In this document: positions 1 through 10,625 of the stretch, one piece after another
Numbering within the stretch: the stretch's first letter is position 1
Layout: each line of letters begins with the position of its first letter
Assembly (NCBI GenBank): GCA_030704615.1
Contig: JAKLZA010000134.1
Coordinates: forward strand, 1-13,000
DNA length: 13,000 bases
DNA from: Takakia lepidozioides
Taxonomy: Eukaryota; Plantae; Bryophyta
Direction: 5' to 3'
Made by a program: the position numbers and the translations under genes
Notes under the pieces: generated by a model
What the model was told of the DNA's origin: nothing
What the model saw: the letters and a program-made list of their open reading frames with translations, nothing else
Database searches by the model: none

Positions 1-3000
1 ACTGGTCCCCTGGATCCATATTCAGAAGAGTGTGAACCTCCTGGGGGCTCAACCCTGGTGCATGTATGAAGTGATGAGTTGTGGAATTACAACGGAGTCT
101 CTTTAGGTACACGTAGTACAAATGCTTGCAAGGGCAGTATGTTTCCCCCTTGTTCGCCATGATCTGGAAGTCGGTGCAATTGCAGGTGGGTAATTCTGAA
201 ATGGTGATGGTGTACACCTCATTGCGAACAGCTGAGCCCGCCGTGGCCATCTGATACACACGCCCGAATCCTGGTGGGGGCACTTCTGTCGAGCTCTGGA
301 TTGTACAGTTCATCCGAAGTGCATTCCCCATCCTTGTCTCGTTCACTTTTGAGGGAGGTCGCCGCCTCTTCGGTTTCCCCCAACGGTGTGTAGGATGCTT
401 AGAGCTGTCGTGTCCCATTGTTCTTGCTCTCACAGGGGTCGGTGGTGGAGGCTGTGGAAGCGGAAATGGTTGTCTGGGGACGTCAGTGCGCTGCACCATC
501 CGAAATCCTGCGGCGGTAAGGGCGTCGGCCTCAACCTGACTCAGATCGCAGCCTGGTTCCACCGGCCACACCGGGGGAGCCTCTGGCATTGTTTGTATGC
601 CGTACTTGGGCTTTCCATACATGCAAGTCATAATGTCGTGCCTGCAGAACCAGAACTGGGTGGTTGTCGCCTCCGCAAACTTTGCATGGACAAATCTTCC
701 TGTAAAAGTAGGAGCAGGGACAGCCCCATCTGGATTCCTCCTTATCATCTCTAAACAACGTTGCCGTGTATCCACACGAATTGCGGAACACCTTCCTCGA
801 AACGACGGCTTTGTGCGAGCAATTCTCCACTGTGATGCAGACACAGTCGTCTCCACAATGGCTTGGCCATACTGCATAACAGCGGGCGGAATGTGGGGCA
901 AGGGAGCGGTGGGAATTTGTTGCACGAAATCCCCGGTTGAAGGCGACGGCGATCTGGAATTTCTTGGGCTTCCACTGCTGGAAGACACATTGTGCGGCAA
1001 CATGACGGGACCTCGAGGTGCTGTCCGAATGTTCCTGTCGGATCTCCAGGAATCCTCTTCGCACCCGGGTTCCTCTTCAATCCTCCGCCTGACAGGGCGA
1101 GTCCGGACGTCCCCCTCTAGGTGTTCACCTCTGCGGTGCAGAGGCGTCCCTTTGATCTTCTCTCGCAATGCTGTCGCCCATTTCACTGGATTCTTGGACC
1201 TCGAAGCTGTTCGTACCAACAATTCCTCCCTGTCCGGCCCAAAGCCCCATTGTTTGCCGCTCAGGAACTTGTAGTACGTGGCTTGCTGCATGATTGCTCT
1301 GTCGATGTCCTCCGTTGTGGCCGTGACTACGTCCACCAGATGTGCGGCAGAAGACGCTCGCCAGGAGGAGTGGACCGATTCTGCCATATTCGTGTTCGGC
1401 ATGTCCGTGTCGGAATCCAAGCACCGCTCCTAGAAGGACACAAACAATGGTGAGGGACCAATCGAAATGTCCGTAACAGAAAGACAAATGAACGAAATTG
1501 ACAGCAGCCTACCTCCCGCATGTACTGTCCGAACTGTCGATACCAAAATGCCACCACCCCAACCAGCTGTGCAATGCTCCCAGATTGGTTGTCTCCACTG
1601 CACCTGACGTGTTCCACCAAGCCTCGATGATAGCAAACTTAACCTCCGCGTCATCAAATGTGGGTGCATCCTTCCACGCCGTACAAAGGACACGGTGTTC
1701 AGCCTGGAATGAGCTAGCAACAAATTTGGTAGTGTAGTGGGATAGACTCTGCATCCAATGGAATCCACAGGATCTCTCTTTCCCCTCCATTGGAACATTG
1801 GGGTCCTCACCGTACACACGCCGCACCGCTGCCCAGTTGGCCTGAGCGTTGTCTGCCATGAATCCCCTGAAATTGGGCTCTGGCAATCCCGCCCTTGCCA
1901 TCTGCTCGTTTATGCCCTCCCACAGATGCATCTCGGACTGTGTGTCCTCCCCTTTCATCTCGCAGATTGCAATCGTCATGAGCCTCTTGGAGTGATAGTC
2001 ATAAACATGCGCACCCATAGTCACCCACTGATGGTTTGTAATTCGCTTGATGTGATCAAACATCACCCAAGCATTCGACAAGTTTCCAGTTGTCATGCGA
2101 GTGACCAAGTCGACTCCACTCCCAGGCCCACACGTCGACATTTTGAAAATGTAACAACGATCGGATTCGCTGCCTTGCCCTGGAAACCTGCTACCTTGGA
2201 TGTAGTCATATCCAGTCATTCGTTTCACCTCCAGGATTGAGTACATGTCCGACCCCCTGCCGAACTCCTGCTTGCAAGATACGATGTGATTCCGCACATT
2301 CGGACTACAAACGTGCGAGACGGACTCCAAGAGGTCACGCATCTCGTCTTCGGTCAAGGGCTCTCGGTCGGAACCATCTTCAGACATGATTTTGCCAAGA
2401 GCAATCTTGTGAGCTGCCTTCAGCTGAATCTGCTTTGGTCTGGCTCCGGGGCTCAATTTCACCTCCTCTTTTATGATGTCGTGTGCTTCCTGCACAGCCT
2501 CACGCATGTTGCCTCTCGCCAAGGGGTGGCAGTGGACCCCAACGTGTATGCAAGCTCTAGTCAAGTCCGGGAGCAAATGGATAACGTAGTATTGCTTGGC
2601 TCTGCACATGGACATGCACGTCGGTGGTTCTTTGCAATGTGCACACTTGAAAGAACCCGCAGGAGCTTGGCTGGAGACAATGAATGGATGATGCGTTGTG
2701 CCAGTCCAATCCGTCTCGTTTCTCCGCCCTCCTTTGGAGAGAAAGTGGAAGCAGGTGGGATTGAGGCACCTCAGCTTCCCCGCACAGAGGACATATCGTA
2801 CACGAACACCATCAGCAATTTTCGTGCTACTGGTCTTCGTCACACACCAGGGGTGTCCGTCATGCTTTCGATCCATGTCTGTTAACATCCCGGAGGCTTT
2901 CTTTGACGAAGAAACAGGTGGAAACTCGAAGATGACATTGCCATCGACTTCGGGAGGCAGAAACGTTACCTTTCTGACTGGGAATTTGGCATAGTCGAGA

Positions 3001-3605
3001 GCAGCCAGCTCGGAGCGAGAACCATCGAGGTGATGTTGTCGTAGGAGCTGCACAATGGACCGGGTTGGAGTTATGCTCGAGGGCACATGCGTAGCACCTA
3101 CAGAGACGTCCATGCCGGATTTGAACGACCGTGTGGAGGACATGGGTACCTCAATGCAATCATCTTCCTCGTCGGAAATGTCGAATACGTCCACACGAGA
3201 AGCTATGGAGGGTCTTGACGGTCCAGGTCGGGAATGATTATCGTTGCATACCTCTCTGTTGGCAGTGGCCGCCTCTCGGTTTCCGGACTCCTTTGTGGAT
3301 GGTGTGGGCAGCGACTGATTCGGAAAGGGAATGGGCATTCCCACAGCTCGGTACAGGATGGTGTCTGACGGGGGAACGTGCCATTCGATTCCGCAACCTC
3401 CGTCGTTACCTAGCACGACAATGGTCTCGTCAACCTGTCCAGGAACATCCTTCCTTTCTTCTTCCAAATAAACTGTGCCCGGTTTGAGCTTGAATTTGGA
3501 ACAAAGGTAAGTTTCAGTCACTCTGCAAAGTCCTCCCTCGTTTGGGATCCAGGCTCTCCCAAGTTGCGGAGGACAGCAAACTATAGCGTAGGAATTCGGA
3601 GCCAT
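1..3605 (-). CDS. Mutator-like DDE transposase (GCM-like DBD + DDE + SWIM); 2 exons (3605-1513, 1429-<1), 1-bp frameshift near 1544-1545, 3' end outside window
   Basis: Motifs: WVMFDH (D 2055-2057), GFMADNAQANW (D 1851-1853), ERSCGFHW (CxxH 1758-1769), WLGWWHF. After a GT-AG intron comes PNTNMAESVHSSW (E 1379-1381). I translated the frame from 1429 by hand: it is stop-free to base 1 (absent from the ORF track) and ends in a SWIM finger. ATG 3605 (MAPNSY) is my preferred start. Confidence 0.88.
122..215 (-). other. SWIM zinc finger of the transposase
   Basis: Manual translation YTITISELPTCNCTDFQIMANKGETYCPCKHLYYV = CxC-x(n)-CxH, the typical C-terminal domain of MULE transposases. Confidence 0.85.
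1430..1512 (-). other. 83-bp phase-0 intron in the transposase
   Basis: GAG|GTAGGC...pyrimidine-rich...TCCTTCTAG|GAG. It joins YRQFGQYMRE to ERCLDSDTDMPNTNMAES and so restores the catalytic Glu. Confidence 0.8.
2523..2861 (-). other. GCM-like (WRKY-GCM1 superfamily) Zn-binding DNA-binding domain
   Basis: DGHPW...CAGKLRC...CAHC...C...HVGVHCHP parallels the GCM pattern W...CLGxxxC...CxxC...C...GxHxHP (comparison from memory, no HMM run). Confidence 0.65.
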
Positions 3606-4032
3606 CGAACACCGCACGGAGTTGGCAAGTGCGAGGTTCAGTATAGCGACAGACCAAGGCTCACAGGCACCATCTAAGTGGATCTGCGGAGTCCATCGAC
3701 GATTGGAAGTCGCACATTGAAGTGGAAAGTATTGTTTCAAGCTACATGCATGAAGGTGGGAGGTTTGATTCCATAGCCAGTGAGTATGACAATGATGGCC
3801 GATTCGGCGACGAAATAACATCTCCTGACAGTTTCTCCTGAGGGTGGATCCAGCAGTATTCTCGGTGCAGACAGGAACGTTCGCACTGACAAGTGCCAGG
3901 ACTGCTGGTTAAAACGGTCAGACAACCAAGTTGTGCTCATCAAGACTGGCCGCAATTGTGTTGTTTCGGAACAATGCAACCCATTCAGGTTCCAGATTTC
4001 CCGTCCCGAGTGATTCTTTCGATTGCTGGTGG

Positions 4033-5817
4033 ACGGAAATACGGCGCCGCATTTCCGTATTGCATCTTGGTCATGCACCAGAGCGACGGAAATGCGGCAC
4101 CGAGTTTCCGTCCGGGGGAAACCTTTATACTCTCCAGAACGGAAATGCGGTAACGCATTTCCATCCAGCAAGCACGGTATGTGAAGGTGGAACGGAAATG
4201 CGGTACCGCATTTCCGTTCTGATTGAGATTTATGAACAACGGGAACAGAAATGCGGCACCGCATTTCCGTCCGAGTCGCACTTTTCCGACATTTCAGAAC
4301 GGAAAAGCGGCGCCGCATTTCCATTTTGTATCTGATGCATGGAGCTGAGGGATTGAAATGCTGCAGCACATTTCCGTCCTTAAAAGACATTCATACTCTC
4401 CAGAACGGAAATGCGGTACCGCATTTTCATTCAACAAGCACGGTATGTGAAGGTGGAACGGAAATGCGGTACCGCATTTCCGTTCTGATTGAGATTTATG
4501 AACAACGGGAACAGAAATGCGGCACCGCATTTCCGTCCGAGTCGCACTTTTCGACATTCCAGAACGGAAATGCGGCGCCGCATTTCCATTTTGTATCTGA
4601 TGCATGGAGCCGAGTGCGATTCCGACAGCTTCATACAGCGCAATTCCGACCGCTTGAGACATTCATACTATCCAGAACGGAAATGCGGCAACGCATTTCC
4701 GTTCTGACTGAAAATCGTGAACCATCTGAACTAAAATGCGGCACCGTATTTCCATCCGAGTCGCACCTACCAACATTCCAGAACGGAAATGCGGTACCGC
4801 ATTTCCGTTCTGACTGAAAATCGTGAACCGTCGGAACTGAAATGCGGCAACGCATTTCCATCCGAGTCGCACCTCCCAACATTCCAGAACGGAATGTATT
4901 AGATTCAAAAGGGAAATGCGGCACCGCATTTCCGTTCTGATGAAATATCCTGAAACCTCGGAACTGAAATGCGGTACCGCATTTCCGTGAAATATCCTTC
5001 GGAACTGAAATGCGTACCGCATTTCCGTCGGAGTCGCACCTTCCGACATTCCAAAACGGAAATGCGGCGCCGCATTTCCGTTTTGTATGTGAGGCATGGA
5101 GCTGTGGAACGAAAATGCGGCACGACATTTCCGCCAGCGTCAGACGTTAATACTCTACAGAACGGAAATGCGGTACCGCATTTCCATTCTGACTGAAAAT
5201 CGTGCGCAACGGGAACAGAAATCCGGCACCGCATTTCCGTTCGAGTCGCACCTTCCGACATTCTAGAACGGAAATGCGGCGCCGCATTTCCGTTTTGTAT
5301 ATTGGGCCTGGAGCTGTGCTACGAAAATGTGTAGCCGCATTTCCATCCATGTGAGACCTTCAAACTTTCCGGACCGGAAATGCGGCACCGCATTTCTGTC
5401 CAGGTGAGACCTCTATACTTTCCCGAACGGAAATGTGGCACGGCATTTCCATTCATCAATCTAACGATGTGAAGTGGGAACGGAAATGCGGTACCGCATT
5501 TCCGTTCACATTGAAAATCATGAACCACGGAACTGAAATGTTGTGCCTCATTCCCGTCCCAATCGCACCTTTCGACATTCCAGAACGGAAATGCGGCGCC
5601 GCATTTCCCTTTTGAATCTCATACTGGAGCTGTGGGACGGAAATGCGGCACCGTATTTCCGTTCAACAACTAAGGTATGTGAAGGTGGAACGGAAATGCG
5701 GTGCCGCATTTTCTTCCAACAAGTACGGATGTGTAGCTTCGTGATGGTACTTAACGGAAATGCGGCGCCGCATTCGCATTTTCGCTCCAACTCATCAGAC
5801 GCTGGGACGGAAATACC
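4033..5817. repeat. Array of ~32 palindromes (consensus ACGGAAATGCGG-YR-CCGCATTTCCGT), ~53-bp period, with 266-bp higher-order repeat
   Basis: Unit starts at 4033, 4086, 4139, 4192, 4245, 4299, then 4405, 4458, 4511, 4565 and onward. The ~27-bp linkers fall into a few recurring types (e.g. ccgagtcgcaccttccgacattccaga; agcacggtatgtgaaggtgga; tctgactgaaaatcgtg). The block starting at 4139 is repeated from 4405. Confidence 0.95.
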
Positions 5818-6039
5818 TTGAAATGTGAACACGTGGAGCAACGGAATTGCTGCACATGTCGGCACTCTATCTGACTGAAGGGGCATGAGGCGGCGCGGCC
5901 TGACCGTTCGATAATGATGTTTGTTTTTCGGACGGCAGGCGTACCCTCAACGATTCGAATTTCGTAATGACGCAAACTCCACGAGGAGACACTTTCGTCC
6001 AACCCTTTCGAACCCAAGTGGTGCATCACCGCCGTTTCA

Positions 6040-6128
6040 TCTACTTTTGTCGTGTCTCCTCAGTCACCCCTCTCGCGCCCTTTCCATCTGCACTCTTTGC
6101 CCTTTTCCCTCTCTCTGTTCTTCTTATG
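6040..6128 (+). promoter_or_regulatory. Pyrimidine-rich (CT) tract, probable core promoter/5' UTR of the ParB-MTase gene
   Basis: The tract ctctcgcgccctttccatctgcactctttgcccttttccctctctctgttcttct ends ~85 bp upstream of ATG 6213 and resembles a plant Y-patch. Confidence 0.35.
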
Positions 6129-7220
6129 CTCGAACCTGAGAGGGGGGGAGTTCGTGCACCAGCCAGGAGACCTCGTCGCAAGCTCCGGAAATTATACTTC
6201 GGACGTAGGCCAATGCCGAAGGGGAGGAAGCAGATGCGTCTACAGGAGGAGATTGCCATCTCCGAGCAGCAGGCCACTCAGGCAACCCAGCCACCAGTGA
6301 GAGCTCCATGCGATCGGGCTGCGCGCAGCTGATCGAGCACCGAACCCCCCATTTTGCTTCTGTAATTCTTAGACTGAATGCTAGGAGACTTGAATGCAGA
6401 ACATGTTTGCATGCCTAACAGGAAAGGTGGACGTGCTGGAGGGATCGCAGGAATCCGAAGAGCCGCAGGAAGAGTCCGAGGAGCTAGCTGCAGCACGTAC
6501 ACCCACCCGATCCCCGAGCGCGGGTATTCCTGCCGGGCCTAGCCCTCTGCGATTCAAAGACGCGTCTTCGAAGGGCAAGTTCAAAGTCCCAGAGATCGAC
6601 TCGCGTTCTTCGGTCATGGAGAATCGCCAGCAGGGGTCGGGCCCTTCTCCAGCAAAGTCGAAGAAGAAGCAGCCCGTCCCTCTACTGGCTTCTGAACCGG
6701 CTCAGGCCGATTCACCCCCCCCAACGCGAATGAAGCAGCAGGGTAGAAGACAGATTCAATTGCAGCAGACACCTTCACCTGCAAGGATGAGGAAGCAGAA
6801 GGCAATCAGGGCGACGGCGAACAATCTCCCGCAAAACCGCTTCCACGAGCTGAAGCTCAGTTCCTGGAGGATTTCCCGCCTGCAGATGTTGGGGCCGACT
6901 CTGCTGCAGCGAAGGCAATGGGATCGACCGTTGATCTCGATTTGGTACCGGAGGAGGGTGCTGCCGCTCAACGTTCGCAGCAAGACCTCACCACCGATGA
7001 GCAAGCAGGCCCGGAGGAGGCCTCTGCAATGGCAGAATTGCCCGCAGACAGGCCCCAGAGTGCAGCTCCAGTTGAGGATGCTCCAGCTGCTCAGCCACTA
7101 CCGGCACCTACAGACATGTCTCCGGAGGATTTCAAAAGTGCAGCGGATAAAATGTTGGAGGAGACACACAGTAGCATTGGCAGAGTTCTGGGCAGCAGGG
7201 TATTCCAGCGGACTCTTCGA

Positions 7221-7600
7221 ATCCCACTCTGTCGCATGGTCTCCCTTCCCATCGTCAGGCAGGCCCTTCCCGGAGATGTGGATAAGCTCAAGTTCGCATT
7301 TCGAGAAGGGTACCGTCTGGGATCGGCAGCGTTTTACGTTTCCATTGAGAATGAGGACGGCGAAACTCGTGGACCCACTGCCGATGAATTGTCAACGTGG
7401 GATACCCACTGGCACACTCGCAACCACGAATTCGAGGCGACGCTGAAGGGTGATCCGACTTCGGCCATATGTCGGGTAAAATGTTCTTTGTGTGGGACGG
7501 GAATCACCGACTTCTCGCCTGGTGGGAGTACATCAAGCAGAACCATGCCAAGCACATTGGCTGGCATTACATGGTGGAGTGTGTCATCCTCAAGGTGAAG
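7221..7600 (+). other. ParB/Sulfiredoxin-like domain
   Basis: IPLCRMVSLPIVRQALPGDVDKLKFAFREGY...FYVS...(frameshift)...FFVWDGNHRLLAW; DGNHR at 7496-7510 matches the DGxxR (GxxR) signature of the ParB/Srx fold. Confidence 0.75.
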
Positions 7601-7677
7601 GCGGCAGACTCCTCCCTGCTCAAGAATGCCATGGCGGACCTCAACTCGTAAGATACTCATACCCTCCCTAGCACGTT

Positions 7678-7699
7678 CGAAATGCGGTGCCGCATTTCG
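7678..7699. repeat. Solo palindrome copy inside intron 7648-7759
   Basis: cgaaatgcggtgccgcatttcg. Confidence 0.9.
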
Positions 7700-8885
7700 G
7701 TTTCCATTCTGGTTTGTTTCCGTGCTTCCGTGTACTGAACTGGAGAGTGTGCCTTGCAGGGTCACTGAAAATGCGTACGTGCATACCCACATGGCACACA
7801 TGCTGTACAGGGTGAGGAAAACTGGTCTCACTGATCCGCAGATGTTTGCGGAAATGCTGGAGCCCGAGCTCATTCAGAAAGCCGTTGCAAAAACAGACCG
7901 GACATGGTATCGTCTCACTATGGATGGAATGGTGGAGGTGATATACGAAGTAAGTCGTCCTCCAATTTCCCTCTGCTCATCCTTCCCCAATTTTCAGTAA
8001 TGTTTCCACATGAATCGAATGTAACGCTTCTGCATGTTTTTGTTGGCAGTCAAACATCAAGCTGGATTTGGCCCATGCCAAACGCTTCTTCATGGAAAGT
8101 GAGGGGCAGGTCAAAACGTTGCAGTCATTGACTGAGCACTTGAAGGAAGCCGGTGTCAAGTCCAGAACCAAATACAAGTCAAAGCTTGTGAAGCTGGTGG
8201 CAATTGCAGATCCGGCACTTGGAAAGGACTTCATCCCCGAGATTGCAAAACACTATTCTCGGGCCATGCAGCCGACCATGCAATTGGAGAAACTGCATCA
8301 CCTCTCAACGGCATGTGTGGAGGCGAAAGAGAAGGTGAGGTTTCAATGCACTGAAGTTCCTTCCTAGCAATAGCCACTCTCTTCCAGCTCCTGACATTGG
8401 ATCGGAAATGGCAGACACGGTGGCTGTCGATCTGGAATGCATCCGAGAGCATAAGGACAATGTGGTCTTTTCCACTGGAAGTTTCCGACCCTGCAGTGGA
8501 TGTGTGGCTCAACCGTATGACTTGGTGGTTCCAGGTAATTCAAGGTACTTCCCCAGATTTGCTTTTCTGACATGAATTCCCTGAACTGCTACGTGACAAT
8601 GCATTTGGGAATCGCAGGTAATGTCGAATGCGAAGGAGCAAGTCGTAATGCACACAAATTCGTTCGGCTTGTACGTCAAATGGGATGGAACACAGACATT
8701 GGAAGACTACGTGACACGTTTCAGATGTGCGTACAAGGACAACCTTTTCGCCAGAGAGCTACAGACAGCAAGAAGGAGCGTGGAGTTTACACATCAGGAG
8801 GGAGCGGGGAAAGCTGCAATGCGAATTGTTTACAGGTGAAGCACAGCTGCCCTTGTATGCGAAGCCTGGTTACGAGGTTTGTCTC

Positions 8886-8904
8886 GGAAATGCGGCACCG
8901 CATT
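8886..8904. repeat. Solo palindrome copy inside intron 8836-8981
   Basis: ggaaatgcggcaccgcatt. Confidence 0.88.
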
Positions 8905-9825
8905 CGCATTTTATGTTTTCGGTGGCACTCTGCCAGTAGGTTGGTCTCAACTTTTGCTCACGCATGCTGACTGCCTTGCAGGTATATGAAATACGTGCTC
9001 CTTCAGACAGGGGCCCTGGCTCAAGAGCCCCCGTTCTTCATGGCTTGGACCGTGGCGGGCCCAAGCTGTGTCTACACACCCGAGATGCAGAAACAATGGC
9101 ATCCCGCGCATCTCGTTGGATGCCCGTGGTACCTGGACATGTCTGGCGGTATTGTTGACGAGTCTGAGAAAGATCTGCACGCCTTGGCAGAAGAGAAGAG
9201 AAAGGAAAGACGTGTCCCTGCTGGGCCAAAGTCGGCAAAGGAATCTGCTGCTCTGGAAGAATCCAGAAAGGCAGCTGAGATGGCACAAAAGACGGTGGAT
9301 GCAGCTGTGCAGGCCCAACAGAAGGGGTCGAAGAAGAGGACTCGCCAGCAAGGAGCAGCTGTTGTGACACCCGCCAAAACGAAGAAGCAGAAACAGCCTG
9401 TTCAGGAAGAGGGTGAGGAAGAGGACTCCGATGGAGACTTTGCAACCAGCCCACCCCCCCAAACGCAGGCTGCCTCCCCTGTGCCCACCGTTGTCACGAG
9501 AGGCACGAGAACTGGCTCGGCAAAGAAGGCACTCTTCAACCCCCCAGGGGGGCACCCTTTCGAGCCGGTGGAAATGAAGAGGCCGAAAGTGGCTCCCGAA
9601 ACTGTAGTCCAGTGTGTAAATGAGAGTTTCTTGGCGGCTTTGGATGGACGGGCAGCCAAGTTGGCATACATGAAGACCATGGAGGGTCTGAAGGGCAGAG
9701 CACTGAAGAAGGCGACTGCCGAAGAGCCTTCCGACACCCCAGGATTTCAGAATATGGTCTCGTTCTTTGAGAGGGTGTGTGCAGACAAGGATTGTAGGAG
9801 GGGCGGAAATGCCACCGAGTGGTCT

Positions 9826-10625
9826 TGCGATATGATCATCTTGGATATTCCGGACGGAGAGCCTGTGGAAGGACTGCAAGCTTTGCCATCTTGGAACAGG
9901 TACTCGGAGGACTTTTGGAAGAAAGGATTCGGGCTTGCCCGCATGGTGTTGGACGACAGAGGCTGTGTGGTTGTCCTGGCGAGCAGAGGAAAAAACACTC
10001 AGACAGGAATTGCGAAGTGGACCCGCAAGAGCGCCGTCCCGATTCTGAAAAAGAAGTGGACGTGCATCAACACACTGGGCCTTCGGTCGGAAGGGAAGAA
10101 GGTGATTACGACACTGGCACTCGTCCATTCATTTGCTTGGGTGTTTTCAAATGCGGTGCCGCATTCGGTTTCTAATCGTTTTCCCCCTGTGTATGCAGAC
10201 GAAGCAGTTCGATGCATACTGCTTTGTGAAGGAGAACTCCACCTTTGCTTTCCGGAAGGAGGGAGGAAAGGTTGACCCGAACTGCGACCCACTCGATTAC
10301 GACGTTCTGTTCAACAACGTTCCCAAGGAACTTCTCCCTCATAGCCTCACTTCAACGGAACCCCTGCGGTACTCACGGACTCGGAGCCCTGCCTTCATTC
10401 AGACAATTATGGAGACATGCACAGACGTGGAGGGCACAGTGCTCGACCTCATCTGTGGGACAGGTATGCAGAATCTTGATCTATGCTGTTCTGCAAATTC
10501 TCGTTAGGATGTAGTTCGCAACATCTGAAGCGCCATGTGGTAATGTGTGGATGGCATTGTAACAGGTGCCTCAATGTGGGCTGGGCGGTTTTCCGACCGG
10601 CACCTCTTTGCCTACGAGGAGGATT
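9826..10625 (+). other. Beta-class amino (N6-adenine/N4-cytosine) DNA methyltransferase-like domain spanning three exons
   Basis: Motif IV-like CDMIILDIPD (DIPD 9844-9855), ARMVLDDRGCVVV (cf. rvLkpgG), motif X-like RSPAFIQTIMETCT, and spliced motif I GTVLDLICGTGASMWAGRFSDRHLFAYEED (cf. VLDPFxGSGTT..A....R...g.E.d). Catalytic motif before SAM-binding motif is the beta-class order. Confidence 0.75.
10149..10165. repeat. Solo palindrome copy inside intron 10102-10198
   Basis: aaatgcggtgccgcatt. Confidence 0.85.

Noticed and set aside
1540-1550. Programmed ribosomal frameshift in the transposase
   Set aside because: No X-XXY-YYZ slippery heptamer at the site, and similar 1-bp losses in the neighbouring gene point to mutation or sequencing error.
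386-3487. Plus-strand ORFs (597..1274, 1758..2240, 2286..2885 etc.) and off-frame minus ORFs
   Set aside because: Shadows of the transposase coding sequence with no recognisable motifs.
3606-3821. N-terminal extension of the transposase as given by the ORF track
   Set aside because: It reads like 5' UTR; ATG 3605 starts the protein-like sequence. Not excluded without transcript data.
4033-5817. CRISPR array (palindromic ~26-bp repeats with ~27-bp spacers)
   Set aside because: Spacers recur in a few types and in duplicated blocks rather than being unique. Repeats are degenerate throughout and also occur singly in introns. No cas genes are present and the context is spliceosomal.
3737-5886. 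Many overlapping ORFs with repeated RTEMRCRIS / GNAAPHF / RKCGAAFP peptides (also at 11509-12263)
   Set aside because: These are translations of the palindrome, which reads alike on both strands and lacks stops; there is no independent coding signal.
8947-10128. 393-aa minus-strand ORF
   Set aside because: Antisense shadow of the large exon 8982-10101, which carries the MTase motifs and fits the splice model.
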